Shown in pieces: positions 13,949-25,832 of a stretch of 64,000 bases of DNA. The notes beneath the pieces were generated by a model. The model was given only the letters and a program-made list of their open reading frames with translations, was not told the DNA's origin and searched no databases. The position numbers and the translations under genes are program-made. Source of the stretch: Octopus vulgaris (Eukaryota); contig OX597815.1 in NCBI GenBank assembly GCA_951406725.2, positions 88,226,001-88,290,000 on the forward strand, written 5' to 3'. Every line of letters begins with the position of its first letter. The stretch's first letter is position 1.

Positions 13949-14215
13949 CTAAAGTTAAAGTCTGGTCATAGAGTGATCAATGGCTTTGCATCCACGAAAG
14001 CCACAGCTTTGTGGACAACTCATCAGACTTTATACAAAGACAAAAGACAAATTTGTCTTTGTATAGAGTCTCATGAGCTGTCCACAAGGCTGTGGTTTTC
14101 ATGGACGCGAAACCATTGGTCACTCTATGACCAGACTTTAACTTTAGTGTTTTAATACTTTACTGCTCTATTCTTTAGAGTGTGCTTCTTATTCAGATAT
14201 ATGATAAATTGACTA
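13942..14215 (+). mobile_element. Penelope-like 3' end with inverted partial copy (palindrome 13942-14154) between (TA)n tracts
   Basis: Diverged inverted arms and a hammerhead motif. The 3' tail TACTGCTCTA..TAGAGTGTGCTTCTT..TCAGAT is shared with 21348-21390. Confidence 0.65.
14063..14128 (+). ncRNA. type I hammerhead ribozyme motif, G5C variant; mirror copy at 13968-14033 on the - strand
   Basis: ATAGAGT-CTCATGA-GCTGTCCA...TGGACGC-GAAA-CCATTGG-TC-ACTCTAT, with a 7-bp stem I and a GUC site. The mirror copy keeps CTGATGA. Confidence 0.7.
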
Positions 14216-14236
14216 ATATATATATATATATATATA

Positions 14237-14535
14237 TGAGTTCAGCAAAAATTTAGATTCAGAATTAATATGGTACTTCAGTTGAGGCACCAGAATTTAG
14301 TATGGTATTATCCATACAATTTCAAAATAAGCAACAAGGATATCCAGAGGTAATGCAGTATGATCGTTTCACACAACTCCATTTAATTGAACAATGCAAC
14401 CATTAGTATAATGTGTCCATCTGTTTTAATTGCTCTGCATTTAAATTGATGTAATGGTTGCATTGTTCAATTAAATGGAGTTGCGTGAAACGATCGTACT
14501 GCATTACCTCTGGATATCCTTGTTGCTTATTTTGA
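14237..14535 (-). mobile_element. second (TA)n-embedded fold-back element (arms 14322-14405 and 14452-14535)
   Basis: About 84-bp inverted arms with a 46-bp spacer, a GAAACGATCGTA motif, and (TA)n on both sides. Confidence 0.55.
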
Positions 14536-14558
14536 TTATATATAATATATTATATATG

Positions 14559-14589
<31 letters not shown>

Positions 14590-15842
14590 CACAGTTACAT
14601 ATTGAAAGGACAGATCACTGATTCTGCTGTGCATAATGAGTAAATGCATACTGTCTTTGACATATCCTAAACTGTTGAATATATCAAGAAATTGCATTAA
14701 TGATGGCACTTTTGTGCTATAGGATAAACTTTAGCTGACTAAAGTATGATAAAAACAACCGATATTATCAGTTTCATGCTTTGTAGGCAGTTGATTGAAT
14801 TGCATATTTTATTAAATCCTGACAGGATTTGAACACCATGTTTTAGTACCTTATTTCACTTAAATATTATGTAAAAGGTATGAAAATAATGAAAAAAATT
14901 AGTTTGATTTTCTTTTCTTACACTGCCTTCACCATAAATCATAAAAGTTTCAGACCTTTTTTATTTTTATTTTCACTCGCTCAACACATCTATGTTGAAC
15001 ATCAACAAAACAATGGTTGAATAACTGGATATCATTCATTAAGCCAGGCTTTCTATATACAATCAAGCCTCTCGGCTGAATGACTTCTTGAGAGGTCTTC
15101 AATGAATATCTTGTCAATCAGTTATTCTCTTTAATCTCTACTTTCATAAAATCCATCTTAAATACTACCTCACATGAGTTAGCACTTTTTAATTTGATTC
15201 ACCCTCATCCTACTAGGTCAATATTCCCAAAACGGGTTGAGAAAATTCTGGGGTTCTGTCCGATAAGATGTGATTTATAATTTCTTTTAAAGGTATATAC
15301 CATTTCAAAACAATGTATTTTATATGAATGTGTTCATCATCATCATTTAGCATCTGTTTACCATGCTAACATGGGTTAAATGGTTTGACTGAAACTGGTA
15401 AGCTAGAGAGCTGCACCATGTTCCAATCTGATTTGGTATGGTTTCTACGACTGGATGCCCTTCCTAACGCCAACCACTCCAAGAGTGTAATAGGTGCTTC
15501 TTATGCGCCAGTTATGTGACACTAGCATCGACCATAACTACGATTTCACTTGGCTTGACAAGTCTTCTTACTTCTGCATATTGCCAAAGTTTGTTGTTAT
15601 TAAAATTAAGATGTATGTTACATAAGGGTTCCACAATAAAATAACATCGGGACCCAAGGCACTAGAGTGTACATCAACTCCCAATTGTTTTAACCCCTCG
15701 TAAGTAAATTTGGGAGATCAAAATGATCCAGAAGCCCTTCGTATGTGTGAGCGCATTTGCACATCTCTGTCTCACACTGCCTGACAATCAGTATTGATTT
15801 GTTAACATCCTGTAACTTAGCAGTTCAGTTGAAAGGGGCTGA

Positions 15843-16270
15843 CATCATCATCATCATTGTTCGACCGTGGTCGAGACAATGGAATTTACTATGTTGCGCC
15901 AGACTTCACGGTCCATCATAGCATTACGGAGGTCCTGTTGCTGGATGCCTGTATCCCTGGAGATTACATCAGGGTAGGAGAGTGTGCGCCCTCTAGGGTT
16001 GCGAGTAGATGGCTTCCAGAGGAGAAGAGTAGAAATTACTTCTTTTTCAGCTCTACAACTATGTCCAGCAAACTGGACTCTCCTACCTTTCACAAGAGAT
16101 GACACAGGTGGTAATTTCCCATATATTTGCATTTTGGTTGGATGGCGCCTCCACGAGAGATTTTGAGCTCTCATAAGGAGGCGAGTGTAGGTTCCATCCA
16201 ACCGCCTCTCAAGCCTCTTTGATAACGTCCAGGTTTCTGAGCCATATAGTAGGATTGGTTCGACTGTGGC
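15843..16270 (-). mobile_element. 5'-truncated RTE-type LINE (post-RT C-terminus)
   Basis: VEPILLYGSETWTL...RRVQFAGH...MMDREVWR with a (GAT)n tail. Confidence 0.85.
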
Positions 16271-16924
16271 TGACAATATAACCACCAAAATTAAAATAAG
16301 TTCTGGGGTCCATGTAAGATTTTGTTAGAACTTATGAGCAATAAATTGGTTATGCTCAAAATATTTTAACAAATCTTTTTATACAATTCCTAGTAATATT
16401 TAATTACAAAACTATAAGAATTTTTAAACATCGAATGACTACTCGAGTAAAACAGGAATCAAAGGAGTCCATAGGTTTAAAAAAATGGTTGACAACCTCT
16501 GAACTAAAGCCTTCAAGGATGTGCCCCAGCATGGCCACAGTTCAATTACATAAATCGGTAAAAGAGTTTTTAAAAATATATGCAAAAAAGAATATATATA
16601 TAAAAAAATACTCCCGAATATTTGTTGAGGAATACAATCAAAATTTGATTCTGGAAACGTTAAGGCCACTACATATCTCCAATTTTCTATCTCTGCAGTG
16701 GTTCCAGTACTAGTTAAAAGTTAATCAAACTAATGAAAACGAAAATATTGAAATAATTTTTCATTACGCATTAATCGTTATCGCATTCTCCTATCTTAAA
16801 AAATTGAAGTGTACATGTGTGTGTAATGTTCAGCAACTTAAAATGCTATTTCAACGAACAGGCAAATTCAGTTCAGTTGACTTTTCACTATCGGTAGAGC
16901 AGACCTTTGATTAAAAGCAGCTAA

Positions 16925-17137
16925 GAAAGAGCAGCTAAGTTTCCATATTATCTTAAATCAGGAAAGGACTCGTTGAATAATATAATTTTAGTCATAACTT
17001 AAAAAATATAGGATGCTCGTAGCTGGAAAAGCATTCCAGCTACGAGCATCCTATATTTTTTAAGTTATGACTAAAATTATATTATTCAACGAGTCCTTTC
17101 CTGATTTAAGATAATATGGAAACTTAGCTGCTCTTTC
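16925..17137. repeat. perfect inverted duplication (104-bp arms, 5-nt loop)
   Basis: GAAAGAGCAGCTAAG...GCTGGAA aagca TTCCAGC...CTTAGCTGCTCTTTC. Confidence 0.9.
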
Positions 17138-18744
17138 CAGCAAACTGAATGACCATTCAGAGGTTTCTTCGTTGACTCGTATTTGTGATATATTCTGACT
17201 TCTGTTTGCATTTTCTTTTGAGTTCACGGCCATAATACAGGTGCTTAGCATAACAAGATTGATATGCTCAATTAAGACATTTAAAGATTTTTGTCCCAGC
17301 AGGACTGTATTAGAGCGTCGTGAGGAAAATGCCTTGCAGTATTTGTGACTGTCGAGGTTCAAATCCCGCCGACACCAGCTTCGCTTTTTATCCGTCTGGG
17401 ATCGGTAAAAAAATGAGGGGTCATCCTTTGGGAAATTTGTTCTGTTTGACGTGTCGAAGTGGGTACCAATGTACAGAAGTCTGTCATCGACTAAGCCCTC
17501 AACCTCAAAACTGTTATTGTTCCTAAATTAGAAACAATAATCATTTTTTAAAATATGTTTTTGGAAATATCAAAATGTTCCATTCAATAACATCCACTTT
17601 AAGTGCAAAAATTTTGTAACCAAAACGAACTTTAAATAATCTTTATTATATTCAACTCTAGAGACACTAGGCTGTAAACACCGTTTTCGTTCGAAAACGT
17701 TATTCCTGTCAAAATAAAACAGATTGTAAACAGAAAGACAAACGTTAACTGTGAGATAGAAAGAAAGACAGATAGAAGAAATCAGTTAACGAGGAAAAGA
17801 AAGCCATTAAACCTGATACCGCAAGATAGGCAAATCGAAGAGCTGCAACTCTAAAATGAATGAAACAAAAATAAAAGTAGAATAGCGGTGAAAGTGGGGG
17901 TTCCTCTTCAACAAAATATTTACGTTATATTTTGGTTTGTTTGCAGAAAAAAATGACAGTAAACATAATTATTGTTAAAATCCGTAAGTATTTTATATTC
18001 ACTAATAACACGAGTGCTGCTTTGTAACACGATGTGTTAAACACCGAAAATGTTTATTTCTCAATTGACAGACGACGATGTGAATGCCCGGCAGCATTTC
18101 TCTCTATATTATGGATGGAAATTTCGATTCCTTTTTTTGTTTTTAATATTTTTTCGGGTTTTCTTTTCCAGTTCCAAAATTTAGACCAGTAAAACTTTAG
18201 GAATCGTCATAAACCATAACAAGGAGGAGGAGGAGAAATAACAACAAAAAAAAAAACAATTCTAAAAATTTTTTAAAAACTGAAATTGAAAATCCAAATC
18301 GAATCGAACTTGAATGTATTGAAATTTGAATCGATAAATTCCAGTTTTTAATTAATTTCAATTCCAGTTTAAATTTAAATCTAAAATTAGCTTTATTTTT
18401 TTCACATACTTTTAATTGTGAAAATGTTTTTAAATACCTTTTTAAATTTTCAAATTAACTAAGCTGCTTTAAAAACATGGAATGAAGAATGCAGGCTCTC
18501 TCTCTCACTCTCCCTTCCTCCTGACTCTATTAAAGAGGTCCGTCGCTAGATATATACATAAATTATATTCTTTAATTGACAGAAGCCTGTAAGTAATATT
18601 ATTTCCAATCTGTTTACTTGGATTTCTTATCTGTTCTTTCATTTGCCTTTCCTCTAGCTTGCTTAATCCATAACGGAGTTGAACTGTTTATCACATATAT
18701 TTGTTTGTTAGCCATTTTACTGAATTCCTCCGATATTTTTGAAT

Positions 18745-20553
18745 ATGGGGCGTCACAGAACTAATGAAGTATATTCCTACTTCACAATTGTTGGTTCTCA
18801 CGAAAATGCAAAAGCGGCTTGTAATGTAATTGGTTGCACGATGGTTTTGAGACATCCTTGTGCTACTAATCTAATGAAACATCTGGAGAGACACCATAAA
18901 GCAGAATTCGAAATTCTTGCTAGAAGACGTGAAGCTGCAACGGGGAAAAGATTACTCCAGCTGGACGACAAAAAATCTCTTGATCACAGTCAAGCTAAAG
19001 TCACAAAAAATATCCATGACATATATTGTTCAACAATAAACATTCCAATGGACATAAAAACGTTTAACAATGCTATGATTGAGTTGGTGACCCTGAATGG
19101 GAGACCTTTTTTTGCAGTTGAAGATAGTGGATTATGTAAATTAATTGATCCAATTAAACGAGCACTCAATACAGTAATGAATCGGAAGACAATTTCAAAT
19201 TTAGTTGATGAAAAAGCTGCAGAAATTGTGAATCAAATAAGTGGAGAACTGCAAAACAGAATGTTTTCATTGAAAATTGATATCGCATCTCATCTAGATA
19301 GATCTGTGCTGGCACTTAATGCCCAAGTTATTATTAAAGACTCTCTTCAAATAAGAACATTAGCAGTTACAGATTTCTCATCAGCTCATACTGGTGAAAA
19401 CATCAAAGAAATAGTTATAAATGTGTTATCAAAATACAATTTAAGTTTAAATCAAGTATATTCTATGTCTATTGATTGTGCTAGAAACGATGAAGGTACT
19501 GAAATTGCTAGTGAAGAAAATGATATAAGCAAGGTGGAAGATATAAAAATAGGCAGTAGTTTTTTTGTGAAGTGTGCTGCTCACGCTTTACAACTTGCAG
19601 TAAAAGATGCTCTAAATGGAGAACTGTACGCAAACACTATAGCCCATGCTAGGAATATTTCTAAAAAGCTTTGCACTCCAGTTATAATGAATATTTTAAA
19701 GGTGCGTAAATATCACATGCCCATTGTAGACGTGGTGACAGGATGGTGTTCGACATATAAAATGATCAGCCGTTTAATGGAACTCCGGCCGTTTATTGAA
19801 GAGTTTGTTGAAATAATTGGAATCGATTTGAAGTTTTCTCTTCAATATTGGGTAGAGTTGCAGGAAATTATGCACGTATTAGAACCGGCTAAGAAAGCTA
19901 TAGTAAGATTGCAAGAAGAAAACATGACTCCCGGGGATTTCTATAAGGTGTGGTTTGTTTGCAAAAGTGAAATTTCAAAAATCGATTGTATGTTGGCTTA
20001 CAACATCATAGAAGCAATGAATGCAAGGGAAAGTGAACTTCTTAAAAATGAAATAATATTAGCATCATTATATCTAGATCCAAGATTTAGTGTTATGCTA
20101 TCTGAAGCGGAAGAAGAACGTGCCATAAGTCATTTGATCAGACTTAATGGAGCTTTAAGTGCAATGCACCCCAAACCAGAACTTGAGGTAATTTCAGAAC
20201 AAATGATATCTGCTACAACAGAAGATGAGTTGGAAAACATGCTTAGATTTGCTGCACAAAGCAAGAAAAATTTAAATGCCACAAAAAAATCCATCTCATC
20301 TTCTCTGAGGGATTTTTCAAATACTGAAAGAATTCCTGCAGATAGCTGTTTGATTTCTTGGTGGAACACAATGAAGATAAAGTATGAAGACTTATACAAA
20401 TTAGCTATAGTTGTGCATGCTGTTCCAATGACACAAGTCAGTGTAAAACGGCTATTTTCTATTTTTGAAACTATCTTAAGTCCCCAGAGAAACAATTTAA
20501 TTCATGAAAACCTTGAGAACATTTTAATAGTTCATTCTAATTTCAACATATAA
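18745..20553 (+). CDS. hAT transposase-derived protein (ZBED-like): BED zinc finger, RNase H-like core, C-terminal hATC dimerization domain; probably catalytically inactive
   Basis: Uninterrupted ORF of about 602 codons from ATG 18745. BED finger (VYSYF...C-x4-C...TNLMKHLERHH), Asp in FSLKID, Asp in SMSID, CAAHALQLAV (CxxH), YLDPRF, WWN...LYKLA, and TQVSVKRLFS (normally ..ERLFS). Confidence 0.88.
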   Translation: MGRHRTNEVYSYFTIVGSHENAKAACNVIGCTMVLRHPCATNLMKHLERHHKAEFEILARRREAATGKRLLQLDDKKSLDHSQAKVTKNIHDIYCSTINIPMDIKTFNNAMIELVTLNGRPFFAVEDSGLCKLIDPIKRALNTVMNRKTISNLVDEKAAEIVNQISGELQNRMFSLKIDIASHLDRSVLALNAQVIIKDSLQIRTLAVTDFSSAHTGENIKEIVINVLSKYNLSLNQVYSMSIDCARNDEGTEIASEENDISKVEDIKIGSSFFVKCAAHALQLAVKDALNGELYANTIAHARNISKKLCTPVIMNILKVRKYHMPIVDVVTGWCSTYKMISRLMELRPFIEEFVEIIGIDLKFSLQYWVELQEIMHVLEPAKKAIVRLQEENMTPGDFYKVWFVCKSEISKIDCMLAYNIIEAMNARESELLKNEIILASLYLDPRFSVMLSEAEEERAISHLIRLNGALSAMHPKPELEVISEQMISATTEDELENMLRFAAQSKKNLNATKKSISSSLRDFSNTERIPADSCLISWWNTMKIKYEDLYKLAIVVHAVPMTQVSVKRLFSIFETILSPQRNNLIHENLENILIVHSNFNI

Positions 20554-20984
20554 ACTTGTATAATATAGCCACGTAAACTGTCTTTGTGTAGTTAAATAGG
20601 AAAAACTCGAATGAACGATCCACATAAGTCTCATTCAACGCCAATTGCATCAAATCCTCAAAGTAGACCTACTTACTTTGCCAATTAAGCTAGATTCACT
20701 CATTTTTTATAAAATATTTTTCAATGAGGAAACGAGGTATTTTTTTCTTTTAAATTTTACTGGTGCAAAGTTAATGGTCACTTGGCTGTTCCATACCCTA
20801 ACTATCAATCATGTGCACCCTCATCATAAATCAACTGTGAATCTTCATCATAGAATCGTGTTCATTTTACTGAGCAGTATGCACGAGCAATTTTAATGAC
20901 TAATATTTATTCAGTTATCCTGGGTCTAATTCAACTTATACAGAGTAGTTTCTGAAACAACTACTCGTTTGTTAGACCCTTAAC

Positions 20985-21075
20985 GGCGGAGGTGAAGAAT
21001 ACGTACACCACCCGTTTTCGGCGTAACAAATATCCAAACCCTAAACACCGGGTGTGCGTATTCTTTACTTTCGCC
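20985..21075. mobile_element. very short MITE-like hairpin
   Basis: GGCGGAGGTGAAGAATACGTACACC and GGTGTGCGTATTCTTTACTTTCGCC termini, with an internal AACCCTAA. Confidence 0.5.
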
Positions 21076-21199
21076 CGCCCTCTTAACATTTGTCATAAGT
21101 AGGGAGGGTGGAATTATCAGGCACACCGAGAAAAGATGATTGTTCCAAACATACACCTGTGAAAATACGATATCGAATTACCCTCTCCATACATACATA

Positions 21200-21401
21200 T
21201 ATTTTTGTTAGGCATTTCCTCCTCCATATTTTTAAGAGGTCTTGGGCCAACGGGTTTTTTGGGTCTGACGATACGCCATAAAGCTAAACCCTTTATGGAC
21301 GGGAAACCTAAGGTAATCCCATAAACCTGTCTTCCTCATTTTTAATAAATACTGCTCTACATCTTAGACTGTGCTTCTTTCAGATCTATGTTTTTTACAG
21401 A

Positions 21402-21403
<2 letters not shown>
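21200..21403 (+). mobile_element. Penelope-like pLTR fragment with hammerhead, AATAAA and (TA)n tail
   Basis: Hammerhead at 21260-21321, AATAAA near 21343, tail homologous to 14160-14200, (TA)n at 21404-21441. Confidence 0.6.
21260..21321 (+). ncRNA. type I hammerhead ribozyme motif with intact core
   Basis: TGGGT-CTGACGA-TACGCCATAAAG ctaaacc CTTTATGGACGG-GAAA-CCTAAGG-TA-ATCCCA. CUGACGA and GAAA cores, 8-bp perfect stem II, short stem III, GUA site. Confidence 0.72.
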
Positions 21404-21443
<40 letters not shown>

Positions 21444-24007
21444 AGAGGGGAAAATAATACCAATGAACCACCAAGTACTTCAATTGGTCACACATCACAA
21501 GAGTCAACGAAACCTACGGGAGTAAGCCGTCACGCAGCATTACCACAGGCGATCTGGAAATTAAAAATTAGAATCGAATTAATAAAAAAAATCTATACAC
21601 AGAATTAAAACTGAAATCGTTTTTCGCGGTTCAAGTCGAAAATTCAAATTTCAATTTCTAGTTCCTGTCAGTGGTTTGTTAATGTTTTAGAAACAAAACA
21701 CTTTTTTTTCTGAACACTGAATCAAAACCGTAAAAGGCGGTTGATGCAGGAACATGCTTAATCGAAACTTTTAATCCAGTACTTTTGGTTAGAATAAACA
21801 GGAGTCTTTTGAAGATTTCGGTTCAGTTCTTTTGAAAAATCTTGGCTCGGTTTCGTAAATGATACCCCGAGCCTCTGAGCTAGCGTACAAATGAATTGTA
21901 CATAGCTTAATCCAACTGTAATAGTTATGTTGATGTTTTCGTATTTGATGTATCAAAAAGCAAATTGGAAATAATTATGCAATGAAAAAAAGACATTAGA
22001 CAAGTACGTGAAACAGCTCATGTTTAGGTTTTATTTGACCTCCTCAGTTATTCGTATTCACCGAAATGATGAGAATCACTAAGTCAATATGCAATTTTTA
22101 ACACGAGCAGACGTCAAAAATTAGCATGAGATTATTAAAATAATACAAGTGATTAAGCTAATATCTTTCCTCTCCACATACTTATTTCTAATTAGCTTTT
22201 TCATGTTCATTAGATTGAAAATGTTGACAATAAATCAAATGTTTTTCATACGGAAGGTGTCTCAGTGATATGTTTTACAAATTTGTATTAAAGCAAACAG
22301 TGTCATTCCTCAAAGGTTATTCCCAGTGTTTCCATGTAGCAATGCTACAAACATTACTGAAGAAAAAAAAATTAGTTTAAAATAGTAAATATTGTGCATG
22401 TTTAATAACCCGTGCATGTTTTGATAACCCACATTGTTAAGTTCAGATATCGGATCCCTGGTGAATTTTGTTTAAGAGTTACGTCCCTTATGGCATTTAA
22501 CATAACTTCCTGGAAACGGTTTTTTGTAATTGAAAAAGAATTTTTAAAATGATCCGGAAGTGATATTCTTTATTTGAAAATAGTTTTCCTCAGCATTTCT
22601 TTTGTTAAATTTCTCGAAAATGAATGGCTACTCTGGTTGAGTATGACCCACAAATGTTACAATATATATATATTCTATGCCTTCGTTTTCTTGAGAGCCA
22701 CTCTACATCCTCCAACATGCTGTGGTTTATTGGTAGAAAGTACTGTAGCAGTGTTTGTACCGTTACTATTTCTTAGCTGCTTACTTTATTTTTACATGTC
22801 AGTGTCCCTGTGTGGTCTTAGAAGAGACATGTCAGATGGTTCTAGTCGAAATAGAATATTTGTTTTGTGCATGTTTCAGATTGTCTACATCCCAATAAAA
22901 TGCTTGGGGACAACGATGCTACCTAAGCTGCAGTTATTTTAGCGAATAAATTTATTTTAGAAATTGTATAGTTTCTTTGGGTTTAAAAGAATGATTTCAT
23001 TGCAATCATTTTCAGAATACCTCTACTAAAACTATTGCATGTCCGTTTCAGTAAAAGATGGTTATATTCTGAGTGACTTAAAAAACAAGATAACTGGATA
23101 GTCATCTCAAAATATTTGTATCCTAATTGCTATACCAAATGCATCTGTTTCTAAGTTGCTGTAGCTTCTCTGGCATTGGTTATTAATGAAAGCTGATGTT
23201 TTTAAAAAGATAATTTTCTTGGAGTTTTATTCTATACATTTAGTCTTGTATTCAAAGATTCTCAAAACTTGTCGAAATTGAGACCTAATGACTTGAAGTA
23301 GTTGGTCCTTAAGTAGCTTTAATCAAATAGGATCGAGTTTTATCATTTTGCATTCGATTATATAACCAAAATGACAAATTGATGTTATTTCTGCTGTTTT
23401 TCCAGATTCTCAAGTTTGTACATTTTCTAGTATTTGTACTTCCAAACGGTTATATTGTAAATCAAAATGATACTGTTGATTTCAAGCATGCTTAGGATTC
23501 TATCCTACTTGTATATTGGTAGTCTTAAAGAAAAAATAATCATCTGCAGCCTTATTGAGGATATTTCAAAGATCAGAAAAAGATATAGATGTTAAAAAAA
23601 AAAAAAAGTCAGGAATATATACTTTTCAAATAATCAAGCAAGGAGACCTGGATTCTAAATTTAGTAACCTTTTGTTTCTTCTTCAATAACTCTATGTCTG
23701 ATTGGTGGATTAAAGGATTTAGTTTGGTTATGAGCTAATACACAGGGTTTGCAAGCGTGCACACATACACACAAATACGATTTAAACATGAATACTTACA
23801 TTATTGTCACTATCTTGTCACAGTCTGAGTCATTTATCTGGAGTTACTGCTTTTCTAGTTGGATCAGAAGACCATGTCTTGGTTTATTTTCTATGGCTAG
23901 ATAACCTTCCTATTACCAACCACTTTTCGGTTTGTACTGGGTATATTTTATCATTGCATCAGCACAAGTGAGGTTGCATTAAACTAAAGAGTCCTCATGC
24001 TCTAGAG

Positions 24008-24208
24008 CAGTGGTTTTCAACCAGGGTTCCGCCAGTACAGTGCAGAGGATCCGCAAGAAGTTACAAAACTGCTAAAATCGGCAGTAATTTTTAAGTCTCC
24101 TATGCAGATATGTGTGCATAAGACTATTAAATTATTGCACAGGGGTTCCTCGAGCCAGTGGAATGTTTCCTTGGGGTTCCGCTCCAGCAAAAAGTTTGAA
24201 AAGCACTG
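24008..24208. mobile_element. hAT-Charlie-type MITE
   Basis: TIRs CAGTGGTTTTCAA and TTGAAAAGCACTG with an 8-bp TSD CTCTAGAG on both sides. Confidence 0.85.
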
Positions 24209-25265
24209 CTCTAGAGTATAGTATTTGTTCACTCAAAATATATGATCAAAAGAGTGAATAGAAGACCAGGGTGGGTGAATGGATACAGCACAAGTATGAT
24301 AGTATAAACTAAGTGATTATGGCAAAAAGGTGGTAGAGAGTGAGTAATAATAATAGAGATGGACAATAGTAAAATTAAGCGATGAGTGCCAATAACAAGT
24401 GGTTTAGGAAGGAAAGAGGTAAGACAGGCAGTACAGAAAGGTTGATGATAGAGAATACCAGGTATTGCCAACTGTACTAACATCAGCAGCGTATTACAGT
24501 AACTAGAAGCGTGGATGAGTAAAGAGAATGGAAGAAGGAGTAGAGAGATTAATGATAGCAAGATAAGTGGTTGGAGGAATTAGTAGATATCAAAGAGATG
24601 GAAAGGTAACTGGATGTAAACTTTGCAATGTCACATTGGATGAGTAACCTAAATGTGTATACACACACACACATGTACTTTCCAGCCTCCATCACTACCA
24701 ACATATGTTAATGTTTCTTCACAAATTTAAGTTATTCTACTTTTTTGTTGATGTTGTTCCAATTAAACAACAATCTATACTTCCATATCACTGGTCATTG
24801 AAAATGGAGTAACAGAGTATAATCATTATTATAATTATTGTGAAATCAGTCTGTAATATAACTTCCAGTTTAGTTTGCAACTCACTTTCCCCTTTCTCTG
24901 TATGTATGGACACACACACACACAATCATTAAAATCCCTAAACTACCATTTATGAAAAAAAAGAAGTTTATCACAAAATGAAAAGAAAATGATGAATCTC
25001 CATTCTTTAAATTTCTCTTTAGAAAACTTACAAACGAATACCTGTTTTTCTGTTAAATTTTAATAAGTTACTTTCTTTACAATAAGAAATGCCATGTATT
25101 TATCTGACTGTCTATTTTTTACTGTTTTTACCTTAATCTCTCACACAATATACACATAACCTAGGTAACTCACTAGCACTGTTTTTTCCTCATTTCCTCT
25201 GATAAATATGTAATTTCTTGAAAATAAGCAGCGAAGCAGTGACAGCATTCTATCACAGTCTTTAA

Positions 25266-25484
25266 CCCTTTAGTGTTTAAACTGGCCATATCTGGCTAAA
25301 ATATCCTACCTGCTTTCTATTGGAACTGGCCAGATCTGGCCCCTTACACCTATCCTACAATGTTAATCTAAAAATAAATTATTCCACCATAAAAAGCTCA
25401 AAGCTACAAAATAATGCATGATTAATTCAAAACAATTGTTTAAATAAGCATTACATCTAACAGAATAATTTGAATGCTAATGGG
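25266..25484. mobile_element. piggyBac-type MITE
   Basis: CCCTTTAG...CTAATGGG termini with TTAA TSD. A similar element lies at 58131-58355. Confidence 0.7.
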
Positions 25485-25795
25485 TTAACCTCAATTTCTC
25501 ACCTTCTCCTTTGCTTTGTCTGTCTGTATGCATGCATGCTAGTATGTATGTACACAGACATATATATATATTTATCAGTATAATTGTTAAAGACATTAAG
25601 TTACTACTTTCAAAAATAAAAAAATTTCTTCTTTTAAAAGAAATTTGTTACAAAATGAAAAGGGAAAGGTTAACTCTCTATTCTTTAAATTTCTCTCAAA
25701 GAAACTGTTGGATAAAGATTTTTCCTCTGTTAAATTTTAATAAGTTTTTTTTTACAGTAAGCAATCCCGTCTCTCTCTATCTCTCACTCACTGTG

Positions 25796-25832
<37 letters not shown>

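Noticed and set aside
20130-20495. 121-aa antisense ORF
   Set aside because: Shadow of the hAT ORF on the opposite strand.
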